NCBI GenBank assembly: GCA_038087875.1
Contig: CM075989.1
Span: 17,114,001-17,178,000 of the forward strand
DNA from: Malacoraja senta
Lineage: Eukaryota
DNA length: 64,000 bases
Direction of reading: 5' to 3'
The notes under the pieces were generated by a model that saw nothing but the letters and a program-made list of their open reading frames with translations, did not search any database and was not told the DNA's origin. A program made the translations under genes and the position numbers. Each line of letters starts with the position of its first letter. Positions within the stretch are counted from its first letter, which is position 1. Shown piece by piece: positions 1 to 10,715 of the stretch.

Positions 1-291
1 GTGCCATCAACGCAGAGGGATATAATGCAGATGATATCCCCATCTAAATCATCAAGGCAGATTGTAATCTGCATCCTAAACTGACCTGTGTACACCTCCT
101 CTCTGTTTTCGTTATATTAATCAGGATTTATTTCTCAATCCTCAAACCACTCAACTACACACTAGTGTAATTTAAAGGAACAACTGACCTACCGACTCGC
201 AGGTCTTTGGGATGTGGGAGGAAGCCGGAGCACCCGGAGGAAACCCACATGGTCACAGGGAGTGTAGGAAGGAACTGCAGACGCTGGTTTA

Positions 292-462
292 ACGGTGTGT
301 CCTACTTAGGCAATTTTTCAGCGGACTGCTGGCGAGTGTCAAGTTCGCGGCACTCGCCTAAAAACCGGGAACTGGAACGCTACTGTCAGAGTGGAGCACA
401 CACAAACACATCGCAGAGTCTCCTGCACTCGCCTAAAAAGTCGCCGATGTGGGACAGGCCCT
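292..462. mobile_element. PIF/Harbinger-type MITE (degenerate left TIR) inserted in a Penelope-derived repeat
   Basis: Right end GTGGGACAGGCCCT; TTA at 289-291 and 463-465. Removing the element and one TTA restores the host motif GCTGGTTTACAC seen in other copies. Confidence 0.7.
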
Positions 463-684
463 TTACACTGATGATGGACTCAAAATGCTGGAGAAACTTT
501 ATCAAAATAGAGCTTGATAAAGACCAGTTTATTTCAACTCTACACAGTTGCAAATCGTGATTTCTCAGGTCCAGGCAATTAAATCGAAAGTAAAATCAAT
601 TACGAGATGCAATCGAAACTTAGCACAAGTAATACTGGATCAGGCCTTCTACCTTCAGTTAAGGCATCTTTGCAGGTGAACTGA

Positions 685-830
685 TTCATTTCTTGATCAG
701 TAAGGATTTCAGGGGTTATGGGGAGAAGGCAGGAGAAATAGGGTTAGGAGAGAGAGATAGATCAGCCATGATTGAATGGCAGAATAGACTTGAGCTGAAT
801 GGCCTAATTCCGCTTCTAGAACTTATCAAC
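685..830 (+). mobile_element. CR1-type LINE 3' fragment
   Basis: GGGGTTATGGGGAGAAGGCAGGAGAA...ATCAGCCATGATTGAATGGC...GAATGGCCTAATTC motif shared with many copies in the window. Confidence 0.7.
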
Positions 831-1481
831 TTATTTTTGTGCAGTCCAATCTTGCAGCGCTGACATCAGATATGCGCTACCTGCTGCACTGTTGTGAAAC
901 CTTGTGCATAGCCAGGTCACTTCTAGGGGAACATGTAATTCATCATGTACCACCCACACTTAGAGATTCCACTTGTGTCATAGATTTTTACTTTTGATTA
1001 AATTGCCTAGACAGTAAAAAATGACACGCAATTGAATTTTTTGGATATTGTTATTAAGGATTTTGCAGTTCAAGTTAATACAGAAGGACTGTCACAATGA
1101 CTTTGCAGGAGCCATTAGAAAAGATGAATTAGCCAGCGCACCTCTGTGCTCCTGGGATTCTGTAATCTTTGGCTGTTACGCTTCATTACCCACTTTCAAT
1201 GCAAAATCTTAAATACTTTCAGTTACTTGCGGTAAATATTCCTCTCGGCAATTATTTGAAGACAGTGTAGAAAGGTAATGAGGTGGGAGCATTCCCACAT
1301 CATTAGTGGGACCAACCCAAGTTAAATCCATCAACTCTCTGGCTCAACCATCCTCCTGATGCTGTAACTACAAAGCTGCTGCAACGCACATGGAGCGTCT
1401 AACGCTTGACGTGCACTGATACTGTCCTTGTAAACTCGACCTGCAATTAGTCCCATTATGAAAACATGTTCCTAAATCTTA

Positions 1482-1729
1482 AGGGCCTGTCCCACTTGGC
1501 GATTTTTTTCGGCGACTGCCGGCATAATTGACTGACGTATCAGGTCCCCGAAAAATTTGCGGTATGATGCGGCGTGACGCGGCGTGACGACGTATTGACG
1601 CGCGGTGTCTTTTCAAGTGTCGCAACATTTCTTTTGGTCACCGCTGGATTTTGAAATGCTCAAAATCTTTTGGCGACCCTGATATGACGCTGGCAGTCGC
1701 CAAAAAAATCGCCAAGTGGGACAGGCCCT
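1482..1729. mobile_element. PIF/Harbinger-type MITE, long TIRs
   Basis: AGGGCCTGTCCCACTTGGCGATTTTTTT ... AAAAAAATCGCCAAGTGGGACAGGCCCT; TWA flanks (TTA/TAA); CpG-rich interior. Confidence 0.8.
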
Positions 1730-1849
1730 TAAAGACTACCCTCTATCTCCCATCTCAGTTCCTCTTAACATTTTGAAATCTCCAATCTAGTAACTTCTAG
1801 AATTCCTGGCACACAGCCTCAGATTCACGGTTCTATTGATTCCATTTAT

Positions 1850-2160
1850 ACCTTGCGCTGTCTTGGCAAGGCCAGCAGCGTAATCAAGGACGAGTCGCAC
1901 CCTGCCCACTCCCTCTGCTCCTCTCTCCCATCAGGCAAGAGGGATAGAAGTGTGAAAGTGCACACCTCCAGATTCAGGGACAGTTTCTTCCCAGTTGTTA
2001 TCAGGCAACTGAATCATCCTACCACAAACAGAGAGCAGTACTGAACTACTATGTACCTCTGATGTCCCTCGGACTATCCTTGACCGGACTTTGCTGGCTT
2101 TACCTTGCACTATCTATACACTGTAAATGGATTGGTTGTAATCATGTATTGTCTTTCTGC
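1850..2160 (+). mobile_element. Rex1/Babar-type LINE 3' fragment
   Basis: Translates IKDESHPAHSL..LPSGKR.RS...TSRFRDSFFP.VIRQLN, the typical Rex1/Babar C-terminus. Confidence 0.7.
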
Positions 2161-2289
2161 TATGGGCTGTGAGGGACATGATATTATCTCATTATATCCA
2201 GCCCTTGTTCTCCCACCTCCAAGTACAGTAAATCCCTGACATTCCACTATCCAACTGCACCTATTTTTCTACGTTTCTATGTTTCTAAA

Positions 2290-2380
2290 AAGCTGGAGTA
2301 ACTCAGCGGGTCAGACAGCATCTCTGGAGAAAAACTAATAGGTAACGTTTCGGCTCGAGACCCTTCTTCAGACTGAGAGA
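2290..2380 (-). mobile_element. Penelope-derived terminal repeat with minimal hammerhead motif
   Basis: Minus strand AGTCTGAAGAAGGGTCTCGAGCCGAAACGTTACC followed by the CCAGAGATGCT..CTGACCCGCTGAGTTACTCCAGC repeat. Confidence 0.7.
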
Positions 2381-2726
2381 GCATACTGATGTACACCCTG
2401 CCGACAAGAGTACATGCCCTTTACCTCCTCTGACTCTTCCCATTCAGCTGATTTCTGATCCATGGAAAATTTGCTTTCGGTTCCACGAACTCCAATTACG
2501 GTGTCTTCTGTGTAGGAATTTTTCAAATGCCTTTTGCAAATCCCTATAAATAACATTCCTTGACATTAACTGGCCCACTACGTTAGTCACCTTTTCAATA
2601 ATTCAAATGGGTTTTATAGGCTTGATCTGCCCTACATGCTGGATCTTGATGATCTACAGAAAAGTTTCAAGGTGTTCAACCACTTAATGTTCACCAGTAA
2701 TTCCAGGCAAAAATGCATGAGATGTT

Positions 2727-2965
2727 AGACCCAAAATGCTGGAGTAATTCAGCGGGTCAGGCAGCATCTCTGGAAAAAAGGAATAGGCAGGGGAAGAGAA
2801 GTGTTGGAGATGGTCCAAGTGAATTTGAGAACAAGGTGGAAATTTATAGTGAAGTTAATGAAGTCCATGAGTTCTGCATGGGTGCAGGAGGTAGCCCCGA
2901 TGCGGTCGTCAATGTAGCAGAGATAGAGTTTGTGGATAGGGCCAGTATACGCCTGGAACACTGCA
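2727..2965 (-). mobile_element. Penelope-like element fragment (RT core fused to terminal repeat)
   Basis: ORF 2749-2982(-) contains LYLCYIDDRIG...FINFTINFH..LKFTWTISNTSLP, a PLE-type YIDD RT segment. It is joined directly to the same terminal repeat that carries the hammerhead motif elsewhere. Confidence 0.75.
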
Positions 2966-3654
2966 TCAGTGCACTGACTCAAAATTGAAGATTCCTCACT
3001 TTATTGATGGTGAGTTTTCTGGGCTCCTGCAATGCAGCAGTGGACAGCTAGGGGTCACCAGTGGCATATTTCTGTCGAGAGAGCCTTCAAGGGTCCTGAG
3101 GCAAAGTTTCTGGCTGAGAATGACCCTGACCTTGACTGAGAGGGTACAACATGCACTTGGTCGAACTTGCCAGATGTTACAGGAGTCAGAGGTTTACCAG
3201 ATGTTACAACTTGCCAGAGGTTTCAGACATACGGTGAGTGGACTGACACAGACAGGGATCACAATCCCAGAGGGCAATTTACCAATTAACCAATTAACCT
3301 ACAAACCTGCAGCTCGTCTTTGGGATGTGAGAGGAAACCAGACCTCAGAGGAAACCCGCATGGTCACAGGGAGAACGTGCAAACTCCATATAGGCAGCAC
3401 TCGAGGTCAGGATTGAACCAGGGTGCTGTGTGGCAGCAGCTCTATCAACAGCGCCACTGTGTCACAGTCATAAACTCAAAAAAAAATTAAGGATCTATCA
3501 AACTTTATTTCCCTTCCACAAATGCATGTTGACGCTGTGCAATCCTAATATTATTTTCCAAATACCCTGTTACCACTTACTTAATAATAGATTTCATCAT
3601 GTTCCTTATTACTGAAGGGAACGTTTTAAAAATTTCCCTCTTAAACAGTGGGAT

Positions 3655-3942
3655 TTTGAGATACCAGCATGGAAACAGGCCCTTTGGCCCACCAACTTCG
3701 TGCCGACCAGCGATCCCCACACATTAGCGCTATCCTACACATTAGGGACAATTTACAATTTTTACCAAGCCAATTAGCCTACAAACCTTTGAAGTGTGGG
3801 AGGAAACCGGGGCAGCCGGAAAAAAACCCACGCAGGTCACGGGGAAATTGTACAAACTCCATACAGACAGCTCCTGCAGTCAGGATTAAACCCGGGTCTC
3901 TGGCGCTGTAAGGCAGCAGCTCCAACACTGCGCCACCATGCC
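3655..3942 (-). mobile_element. HE1/V-SINE-type tRNA-derived SINE
   Basis: tRNA-like head (A box TGGCGCAG, B-box-like GGTTTAATCC), central V-domain-like GGAGTTTGTAC..CCGGTTTCCTCCCAC, tail GGGCCTGTTTCC. Confidence 0.8.
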
Positions 3943-4779
3943 AACCATTTCATATTTGGGTTATGTTTGCTATTTTCCGATTGGACTTTTGGAAGATGAT
4001 GACAATAGCATTCTCTGAGCTCGCTTCTCCAAAACTCTGAAGCAGGGCATCAATCCTTGGGTTTTTATTGCCGAATGGTTCCATTCCTTTCTCCAGCTAT
4101 GATTTTTTTTTTACTAATGTTAATTATTTTGGTCTCCTCATTTACTTTAGACCTCCACTATTTCTGAGAGATTTCCTATGACTTTTTCTGTGAAGACAGA
4201 TGTAAATTAATTGTTTTAATTTTTCAGCCATTTCCTTCTTCCCTAAGGTAATTCCTCTTGTCTCAGCTTGTCAGAGATCCACATTGTCTGTTGCTAATCT
4301 TTCTCTTTTTATATATCATGGAAGCTCTAGCAATTTGCATAGTGTTTCTCTCTAGCATATGCTGGTGTTCAATTCTCCCTTTCCTCGTCAATGCCTTAGT
4401 CCTTCTTTAATTAGTTTAGATTAGTTTTAGATTGGTGCCAACCCAAAACATCACCTATCCATGTTCTCCAGAGATACTGTCTGAGTCGCAGAGTAACTCC
4501 AACACTTAGATTAGATTAGTTAAGAGATTCAGCATGGAAACAGGATGCCACAATGGTGCAAGAGTGGAGTTGCTGCTTTACAGCTCCAGAGACCCGGGTT
4601 CAACCCTGTCTACGGGTGCTATCTGTACAGAGTTTGTACGTTCTACCTGTGACTTGGGGGGCTGAAGGGCCTGTTTCCGTGCTGTAAGTCTCAGTCTAAG
4701 TCTAAGGCCCTTCGGCCCACTGAGTCCATACTGACCATCGACCACCCGAGAAAAATCCTACCTTCACTGGAGTTCCGAA

Positions 4780-5125
4780 TCATGAGTCAAGGGTGTTTTA
4801 TTATCATATGTACCGCAAGTCAAAACAATGACATTCTGACTTGCAGCAGCAGCATAACTTGCCCATAAACACAATACATATGGATTATATATAATGGACA
4901 AAAAATCCATGAATTAATAACCATGATAGTGCAAAAACCTTCCAAAATCCTTGGTGCATCCAAAGAAAGTCCATAATAGTCCATAGTTGAGGTTAGTATT
5001 GTGTAGTGTTCAAGAGCCTGATGGCTGCTGCGATGCAGCTATTCTTGAACCTGGTGGTCACGGTTTTCAGACTTCCTGTAACATCTTCCTGACAGTGGGA
5101 GTGAAATGAGAATGGGGCCTGGATG
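4780..5125 (-). mobile_element. Rex1/Babar-type LINE 3' fragment
   Basis: Minus-strand peptide SLKTVTTRFKNS....AIRLLN plus 3' tail like the copy at 24993-25418. Confidence 0.65.
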
Positions 5126-5129
5126 ATGT

Positions 5130-5304
5130 GGAACTGCTGGTGCTGGTTTACACAAAAATGACATGAAGTGCTGGAGTAACTCTGCAGGTCAGGCAGCATC
5201 TCTGGAGAACATGGATAGGTGACGTCTCCTTCAGACTGAAGAAGGGTTCCAACCCAAAACATCACCTATCCATATTCTCCAGAGATACTGCCTGACCCGC
5301 TGAG
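5130..5304. mobile_element. Penelope-derived fold-back repeat
   Basis: Inverted arms GGTCAGGCAGCATCTCTGGAGAACATGGATAGGTGA / TCACCTATCCATATTCTCCAGAGATACTGCCTGACC around a degenerate CTGAAGAAGGG..CCCAAAAC core. Confidence 0.7.
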
Positions 5305-5718
5305 GTACGATATTGGCTTCCTTTATGAGACAGAGCCTCTTATGGATTCTGTCGATGGGGAGATCAATAGCTGTGATGGATCACAGTAGTTCATTATCAG
5401 CAGGTGACTGATAGTTGCAGTAACCATGAGTCTCATTGCTTCCAGAATGTGCTGCTTAGTCTACCTTTCTCTTTCTCTCTGTCGTTGCAAATGTTTTCCT
5501 TTCAAGCCTGCAAATATCTGCTTCCACAACTCGTGTGGTTACTGGGTTTCAACTATCTGTGCCCTAGCAGAGTCCGATATATAATTGGCTATGTGCGATT
5601 TCAGGAGAAATAGTGTCATATAGTATGGAACCCTGTAAAAATAAAGCACTCCTGCCCAACTTGCCCACACCAAACAACATGCCCCAAATACACTAGTCCC
5701 ACCTGCCTGCACTTGACT

Positions 5719-5905
5719 TCAACATTGAGCTGCAGTAGCACTAAACCTCCACAGTTGGCAGCATTTAACGGTGCCACCTGGCCTGGGGAGGCATGGCTAT
5801 TAGCGGTCTGCAGACGTGGTAAAGACATTGGTTTCGCTTTGTGGGCTTATGAGCCTGTAAGCTACTCGTGGAGGAGGCCGCGTAGAGGCTGTCTTTGTCT
5901 CCTCC
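5719..5905 (-). mobile_element. Unclassified 187-bp non-autonomous retroelement with 13-bp TSD
   Basis: CCTGCACTTGACT duplicated exactly at 5706-5718 and 5906-5918; insert unrelated to the host CR1. Confidence 0.8.
5821..5905 (-). ncRNA. Predicted HDV-like self-cleaving ribozyme
   Basis: P1 GGAGGAG/CUCCUCC, P2 AAAGACA/UGUCUUU, P3 GCC/GGC, L3 UCUACGC, P4 GCUUA/UAAGC, and a GCGAA junction with the candidate catalytic C at 5836; G1 is the first base of the insertion. Confidence 0.75.
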
Positions 5906-6774
5906 CCTGCACTTGACTCATATCCTTCTAAACCTTTCCGATCCATATACTGTCCAAATATTTTTTTAAATATATTGAAAGTACTTTAACTATCTCCTCT
6001 GGCAGAACATTCCATATACCCACCACCCTCTATATGAAAAGGTTGCTCCTCAGGTTCCTATTAAAACTTTCCCCACTTACCTTAAACCTGTGGTTCTTGA
6101 TTCCCTTACTCTGGGTAAAAGATTTTGTGCATTTTATCCATTCCCCTCATAATCGTATGTACCTCTATAAGATCACCCTGCACTCCAGGGAATGAAGTCC
6201 TAGCCTGCCCAACCTCTCCCTACAGCTCAGGCCCCCGAGTGCTGGCAACATCCTCGTAAATCTTCTCTGCACCCTTTCCAGCTTGTCAACATCTTGCCGA
6301 TAACAGGGTGACAAGAACTGAACACAATACTCCAAAGGTGGCCTCACCAGGAACTGAACTCGATGAACATCTCTACCAGAAAATCAGAGGCATTGTCTTC
6401 CCTTTCTTGTTTGGACAGAGCGTACTTGGAATGTGGATGTACCAGTCAGTTCTGTAGCCAATAGACATGTTGGCTTCTGACTGCTGCACCTGAACTCCCA
6501 ATGCGCTTTGCTGGAACACCATATTTTGAATGGCGAGTATTTATCTACAACATTTATTATGATTTCCATTAAACAAATAATGGCCAGCGCTTACACAGGA
6601 TGCGTGATTCTCACATTACTGCAAACAGCTGCGTTCACTCCAGATTGCACACAGCACTAGTCAACACCATCTGTTGTATCTCTACATTTCAAAAGTTGAG
6701 ACCATTCTCCAGAAGTTCCGATTTTATTAGGCATTCAAATTGCAGAATAAGGGATTTCTGCCGTTGCTGCAGAG

Positions 6775-7100
6775 TAAGTTTGGTTTAGAGATACAGGGTA
6801 TTAGTCTTGGAGATACAGCATAGAAACAGACACCTTGTTCCAGCGAGTCTGCGCCAACCAATGACTTCGCCGTACACAAGTTCTAACCTACACACCAGGG
6901 ACAAATTCTTTACAGAAGCCAATTAACCTACAAACCTACGTGTCTTTGGGATGTGGGAGGAAACCGGAGCACCTGGAGTAAACCCACGCGGTCACAGGGA
7001 GAACATACAAACTCTGTATAGACAGCATCCGTAATCAGGATAAAATCCGGGTCTCTGGCATTGTAAGGCAACAACTCTACCACTGAGCCACCGTGGCACC
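6775..7100 (-). mobile_element. HE1/V-SINE-type SINE
   Basis: Head, V-domain-like body and tail all recognisable. Confidence 0.8.
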
Positions 7101-7362
7101 CTTTTCTTTGTATGATACACTTTAGTTAGAAAATGGATTATATTCTTACTTAAATGAAGTAACACACAGAGTTCATTGTTATCACAAAACAAACTTCATT
7201 CCAAATAGTTTCACAAATGAAAAGTGGCTCTTGAAATCACCACAGTAACCAAACCTGCAGCAAGAATGTAGTTAACTTGTTATAAACAATGCTTACTCAG
7301 GATTGACCAAAATGTCTCTCAGTTGTGAAGAACAAAGGGGATTTTAACAAACTTTAAAAACA

Positions 7363-7536
7363 AGTTGTCGTAGGCCCTCCTCGGTCATGACTGACCATGG
7401 GTGATGCATCCTAGTTGTTGGCTGCTTGCTCCAAACCTCGGCTGGAGCAGCGTCGCTTGTGGCTGAAGAGACCAATGCGGGAGTGACAGTCTCTGTGGCA
7501 ACGGTCACATTTGTGTGTGGTCTCTGGTTTGTTGTT
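7363..7536 (-). mobile_element. RTE-clade LINE 3' fragment
   Basis: Encodes THKCDRCHRDCHSRIGLFSHKRRC (RTE C-terminal zinc-finger-like motif), stop, short 3' UTR. Confidence 0.75.
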
Positions 7537-7990
7537 ACCAAAGATCCTATAGCGAGCAAGATAGTCCACTCGACGAAAAAGACATAGTACGGTCATGGGC
7601 AGATTCATGGGTAATTTTCGGCCCCGTTTCCGTAACCGGATTCCGTCTCCACACCAAAGATCCCATAGCGGAGCAAAGATACTAGTGCGGAGATGGAAGC
7701 CGGTTACAGAAAGATCCTCCAGGAGAGTCGAGAAAATGTCCTCAATCGAGAGAATGCAACTTCAGAACCCCCTCGTCTTGACCGCGCTGGAGATTTCCGC
7801 GGACGCAAGGAACAAATGACCTGAAGTTTGCATTGAGTGAACGGAATGTTCTTACCGTCCTCGTCGTACACCGGCGTTTTGTGACACCATCCGCAGTTCC
7901 TTTCCTAAGAACTTTTGCAAAAATTCTTCCAGCATTCTCAGAACCAATCACAGTTGGAATAACATCACTAACCCCACCTTACTGTATGTT
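7537..7990. mobile_element. Unclassified CpG-rich repeat with internal direct and inverted repeats
   Basis: Direct repeat 7537-7563/7653-7681; 25-bp inverted repeat 7630-7654/7685-7709; right boundary uncertain. Confidence 0.45.
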
Positions 7991-8184
7991 TTATACTAAC
8001 ACCCACTTCCTACACTAGTCAGTCTTGGAAGCGGTCATGATGAATTAACAACTAACGACCTGCTGTGCCGTTATAATATGGGTACTGATTAAAGATGATC
8101 TTGAACTTCAGATTGTGGAAATTGCTTATTTATATGGTGTTAGAAGTGGGATGTGTTTAGATGTGTTTAGTAGCGTTCATAGAA

Positions 8185-8400
8185 ATATCATTGTACCCGG
8201 CTCCCTTGCCACTCTTGTGGCCCCTGGAGCGATATCACCGCCCTCGTTTGAGGGGTGTCTCCACCACATTCTCCCCCCCCCCAATGTCCAGCAGCGGAAG
8301 GACCCTAGACTGTGGTCCTCCCCCACAGAGCCTTGGCGTTGGCTGCACGTACTCCTGCAGTCCGGAGTGGACCAGTCGGCACCAATCCCTGACGGAGAAG
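8185..8400 (-). mobile_element. Tx1-clade LINE C-terminus and 3' UTR fragment
   Basis: Minus strand reads WCRLVHSGLQEYV then (after an internal deletion) AANAKALWGRTTV*; UTR matches 10478-10600 in opposite orientation. Confidence 0.6.
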
Positions 8401-8964
8401 GGGAGGCTGCCCCATCATCAGTCAACCCACACATGACCACTATCCCACTAGGACTGCCCACCCCTCCACGGTTCACATCCTTGTACCCCTGTCATTAGCA
8501 GAACTTTACCAGCCAACAATGGGCCGTTATGGACCACCCTTCTGAGGCAATCTGTTGCCTGCCCTTTGTACTGGTCTTTACTATCTTTCAGTCTGAAGAA
8601 GGGTTCCGACCAGAAATGCCAACTATTCTTTTTCTCCAGAGATGCTGCCAGATCCGCTGCATTACTCCAGCATATTGTGACTTTTTCTTTGAGTTTAGTT
8701 TAGTTTAGTGATACAGTGTGGAAATAGGTCCTTTGAATACAGAACAGGAACAGGCCCTTCGGCCCACAATATCTGTGCTGAACATGATAACAAGTTAAAC
8801 TAATTTCGTCTGCCTACATGTGATCCATATCCCTCCATTCACTTGCATATCTAAAAGCCTCTGAAACGTCACTATTGTAGCTGCCTCCATCACCGCTCTT
8901 GGCAGCATGTTGCAGGCACCTCCCAATTTCTGTAAAAAACTTGCCCCGCTCATGTATTTATAGT

Positions 8965-9251
8965 TTAATTTCGAGATACAGGGCGGAAACAGGCCCTTCA
9001 GCCCACCGAGTCTGTGCTGACCAGCGATCCCCGCACACTAACACTACCCTACACACACTATGGACAATTTACAATTATACCAAGCCAATTCACCTACGAA
9101 CCTCTTTGGAGTGTATGAGGAAACCAGAGCACCCGGAGAAAACCCACGCAGGTCACGGGGAGAACATCCAAACTCCCTCCGTGGTCAGGATAGAACACGG
9201 GTCTCTGGTGCTGTAAGGCAACAACTCTGCAGTTGCGCCTCCGTGCCGCCC
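8965..9251 (-). mobile_element. HE1/V-SINE-type SINE
   Basis: Near full-length; head GGGCGGCACGG on the minus strand. Confidence 0.8.
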
Positions 9252-9789
9252 TTGTGCTTTAAACTATCCCCCCTCAGAATAAGTTTCAGTCAGCAAGCCT
9301 AGTGATTTTGTGCTATGTGTTCACTCTCCAGAATTTTAGTGGTATTAACCTACTTATGATATCCAACAGCCAGGTGAACTGGAATTTCTAAGCTTACAGA
9401 TAGGATGGATGCAAACATCAACTTGCCTTTATCCATGGAGTGGTTAATGTTGCGACACATCCCAGAGAGATCCCCCAGGATTTATCAAAGCAGATTTGGC
9501 TCCAAGCAACATGATCAAGAGCTTGGTCAAGGAGGTAAGCTTTATCTTCATAAAGAAGTCGAGCATACATGAAATAAAAACAAATAAAATGGCTGGTTCT
9601 GTTAAACATTTCTATTTGACAAACCTCTTCTTAAAGTTTCAGCTAAGGTACAATTGGCTTTCGGGACCATTTAATGGAAGAAACTGAAAGATACTTTTTA
9701 AATAATTAAGTTATTTGTGGCTTCAAAGTAAGCACAGAATTAATGATCCATTCAAATCAAATTGCTTGTTTTTGGCACTTGAAACTCCT

Positions 9790-10160
9790 GGACAGAATGG
9801 ATGTAGAGAGGATGTTTCCACTAGTGGGATAGTCTACAAATCAGAGGCTGTAGCCTCAGATTAAAATAATAAAAACATACCTTTAGAAAGGAAATGAAGA
9901 GGAATTTGTTTAGTCAGAGGTTGGTGAATCTGTGGGATTCATTGCCGCTGTGGAGGCCAAGTCATTTGTGGAGGCCAAGTCAAGTCATCTGCCCAGGCGC
10001 AGATTGACAGATTTTTGATTAGTATGGGTGTCTGCGGTTATGGGGAGAAGGCTGGAGAAAGGGGTTGAAAGGGAAAGATGAATCAGGCATGATTGAATGG
10101 CGGAGTAGACTTGATGGGCCGAATGGCCTCATTCTGCTCCTGTAACTTATGAACTCATGA
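9790..10160 (+). mobile_element. CR1-type LINE 3' fragment
   Basis: GGATGTAGAGAGGATGTTTCCACTAGTGGG ... GGTGAATCTGTGG ... GATGGGCCGAATGGCC tail. Confidence 0.75.
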
Positions 10161-10477
10161 ACTGAGAGTGAAAGTGAGAGTGTGGCCAATCACTGGGCAC
10201 TCACGCCACTTGTTTGGCAATTTGTGTGAAGTGGATGCTGTTTCTTTCCATGTGTTTCATGCTTTTTCTATTGTCCTGGGCTACATTGACACTGAAATGT
10301 CAGGATGGTTTAAATGGTTTAAAACAGACTTATGCAACATGGAAAAACCCTTTGACCCACAGAGTCTGCAGTCACTACCTGTTTACTCTAATTGTACATT
10401 CATCCTTTTTGTTTTATTCTCCCCACCTATTCATCAGATTCTCTCCAGATTCACCTACACACTAGGTACAATTTAGT

Positions 10478-10715
10478 TAAGGGCCCTTCCGCTGCTGGAC
10501 ATTGAGGGGTAGAGTCTTTTGCAGACCCCCTGCTGAAACAATGGATGGGATATCACCTCAGGAGGCATCAAGACTGGCAAGGATGCTTGGTTGCGAACAC
10601 TATTCAACACGACACTCATGAATGTATAGACGTTGAGAATGTCAGAAGAGTTTTTGCATTGTTTTCTACAATTTTTTTATTCTGAATAAAGTTTATTTTT
10701 GGAAATGAAAAAGAA
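10478..10715 (+). mobile_element. Tx1-type 3' UTR fragment
   Basis: CCTTCCGCTGCTGGACATTG shared (inverted) with 8282-8303; ends AATAAAGTTTATTTTTGG plus an A-rich run. Confidence 0.5.

Larger units (their letters stand above)
5650..6350 (-). mobile_element. CR1-type LINE 3' fragment, interrupted at 5719-5918
   Basis: ORF 6165-6347(-) RPPLEYCVQFLSPCYRQDVDKLERVQRRFTRMLP is the CR1 post-RT region. Confidence 0.8.

Noticed and set aside
1482..1497. Similarity of MITE TIR (AGGGCCTGTCCCAC) to SINE tail (AAGGGCCTGTTTCCAC)
   Set aside because: Too short to distinguish from coincidence
1479..1732. piggyBac/Kolobok assignment from TTAA flanks
   Set aside because: Sibling copies at 292 and 17176 show 3-bp TWA duplications
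2985..3416. 143-aa ORF
   Set aside because: Runs from unique sequence into an antisense SINE; no domain recognised
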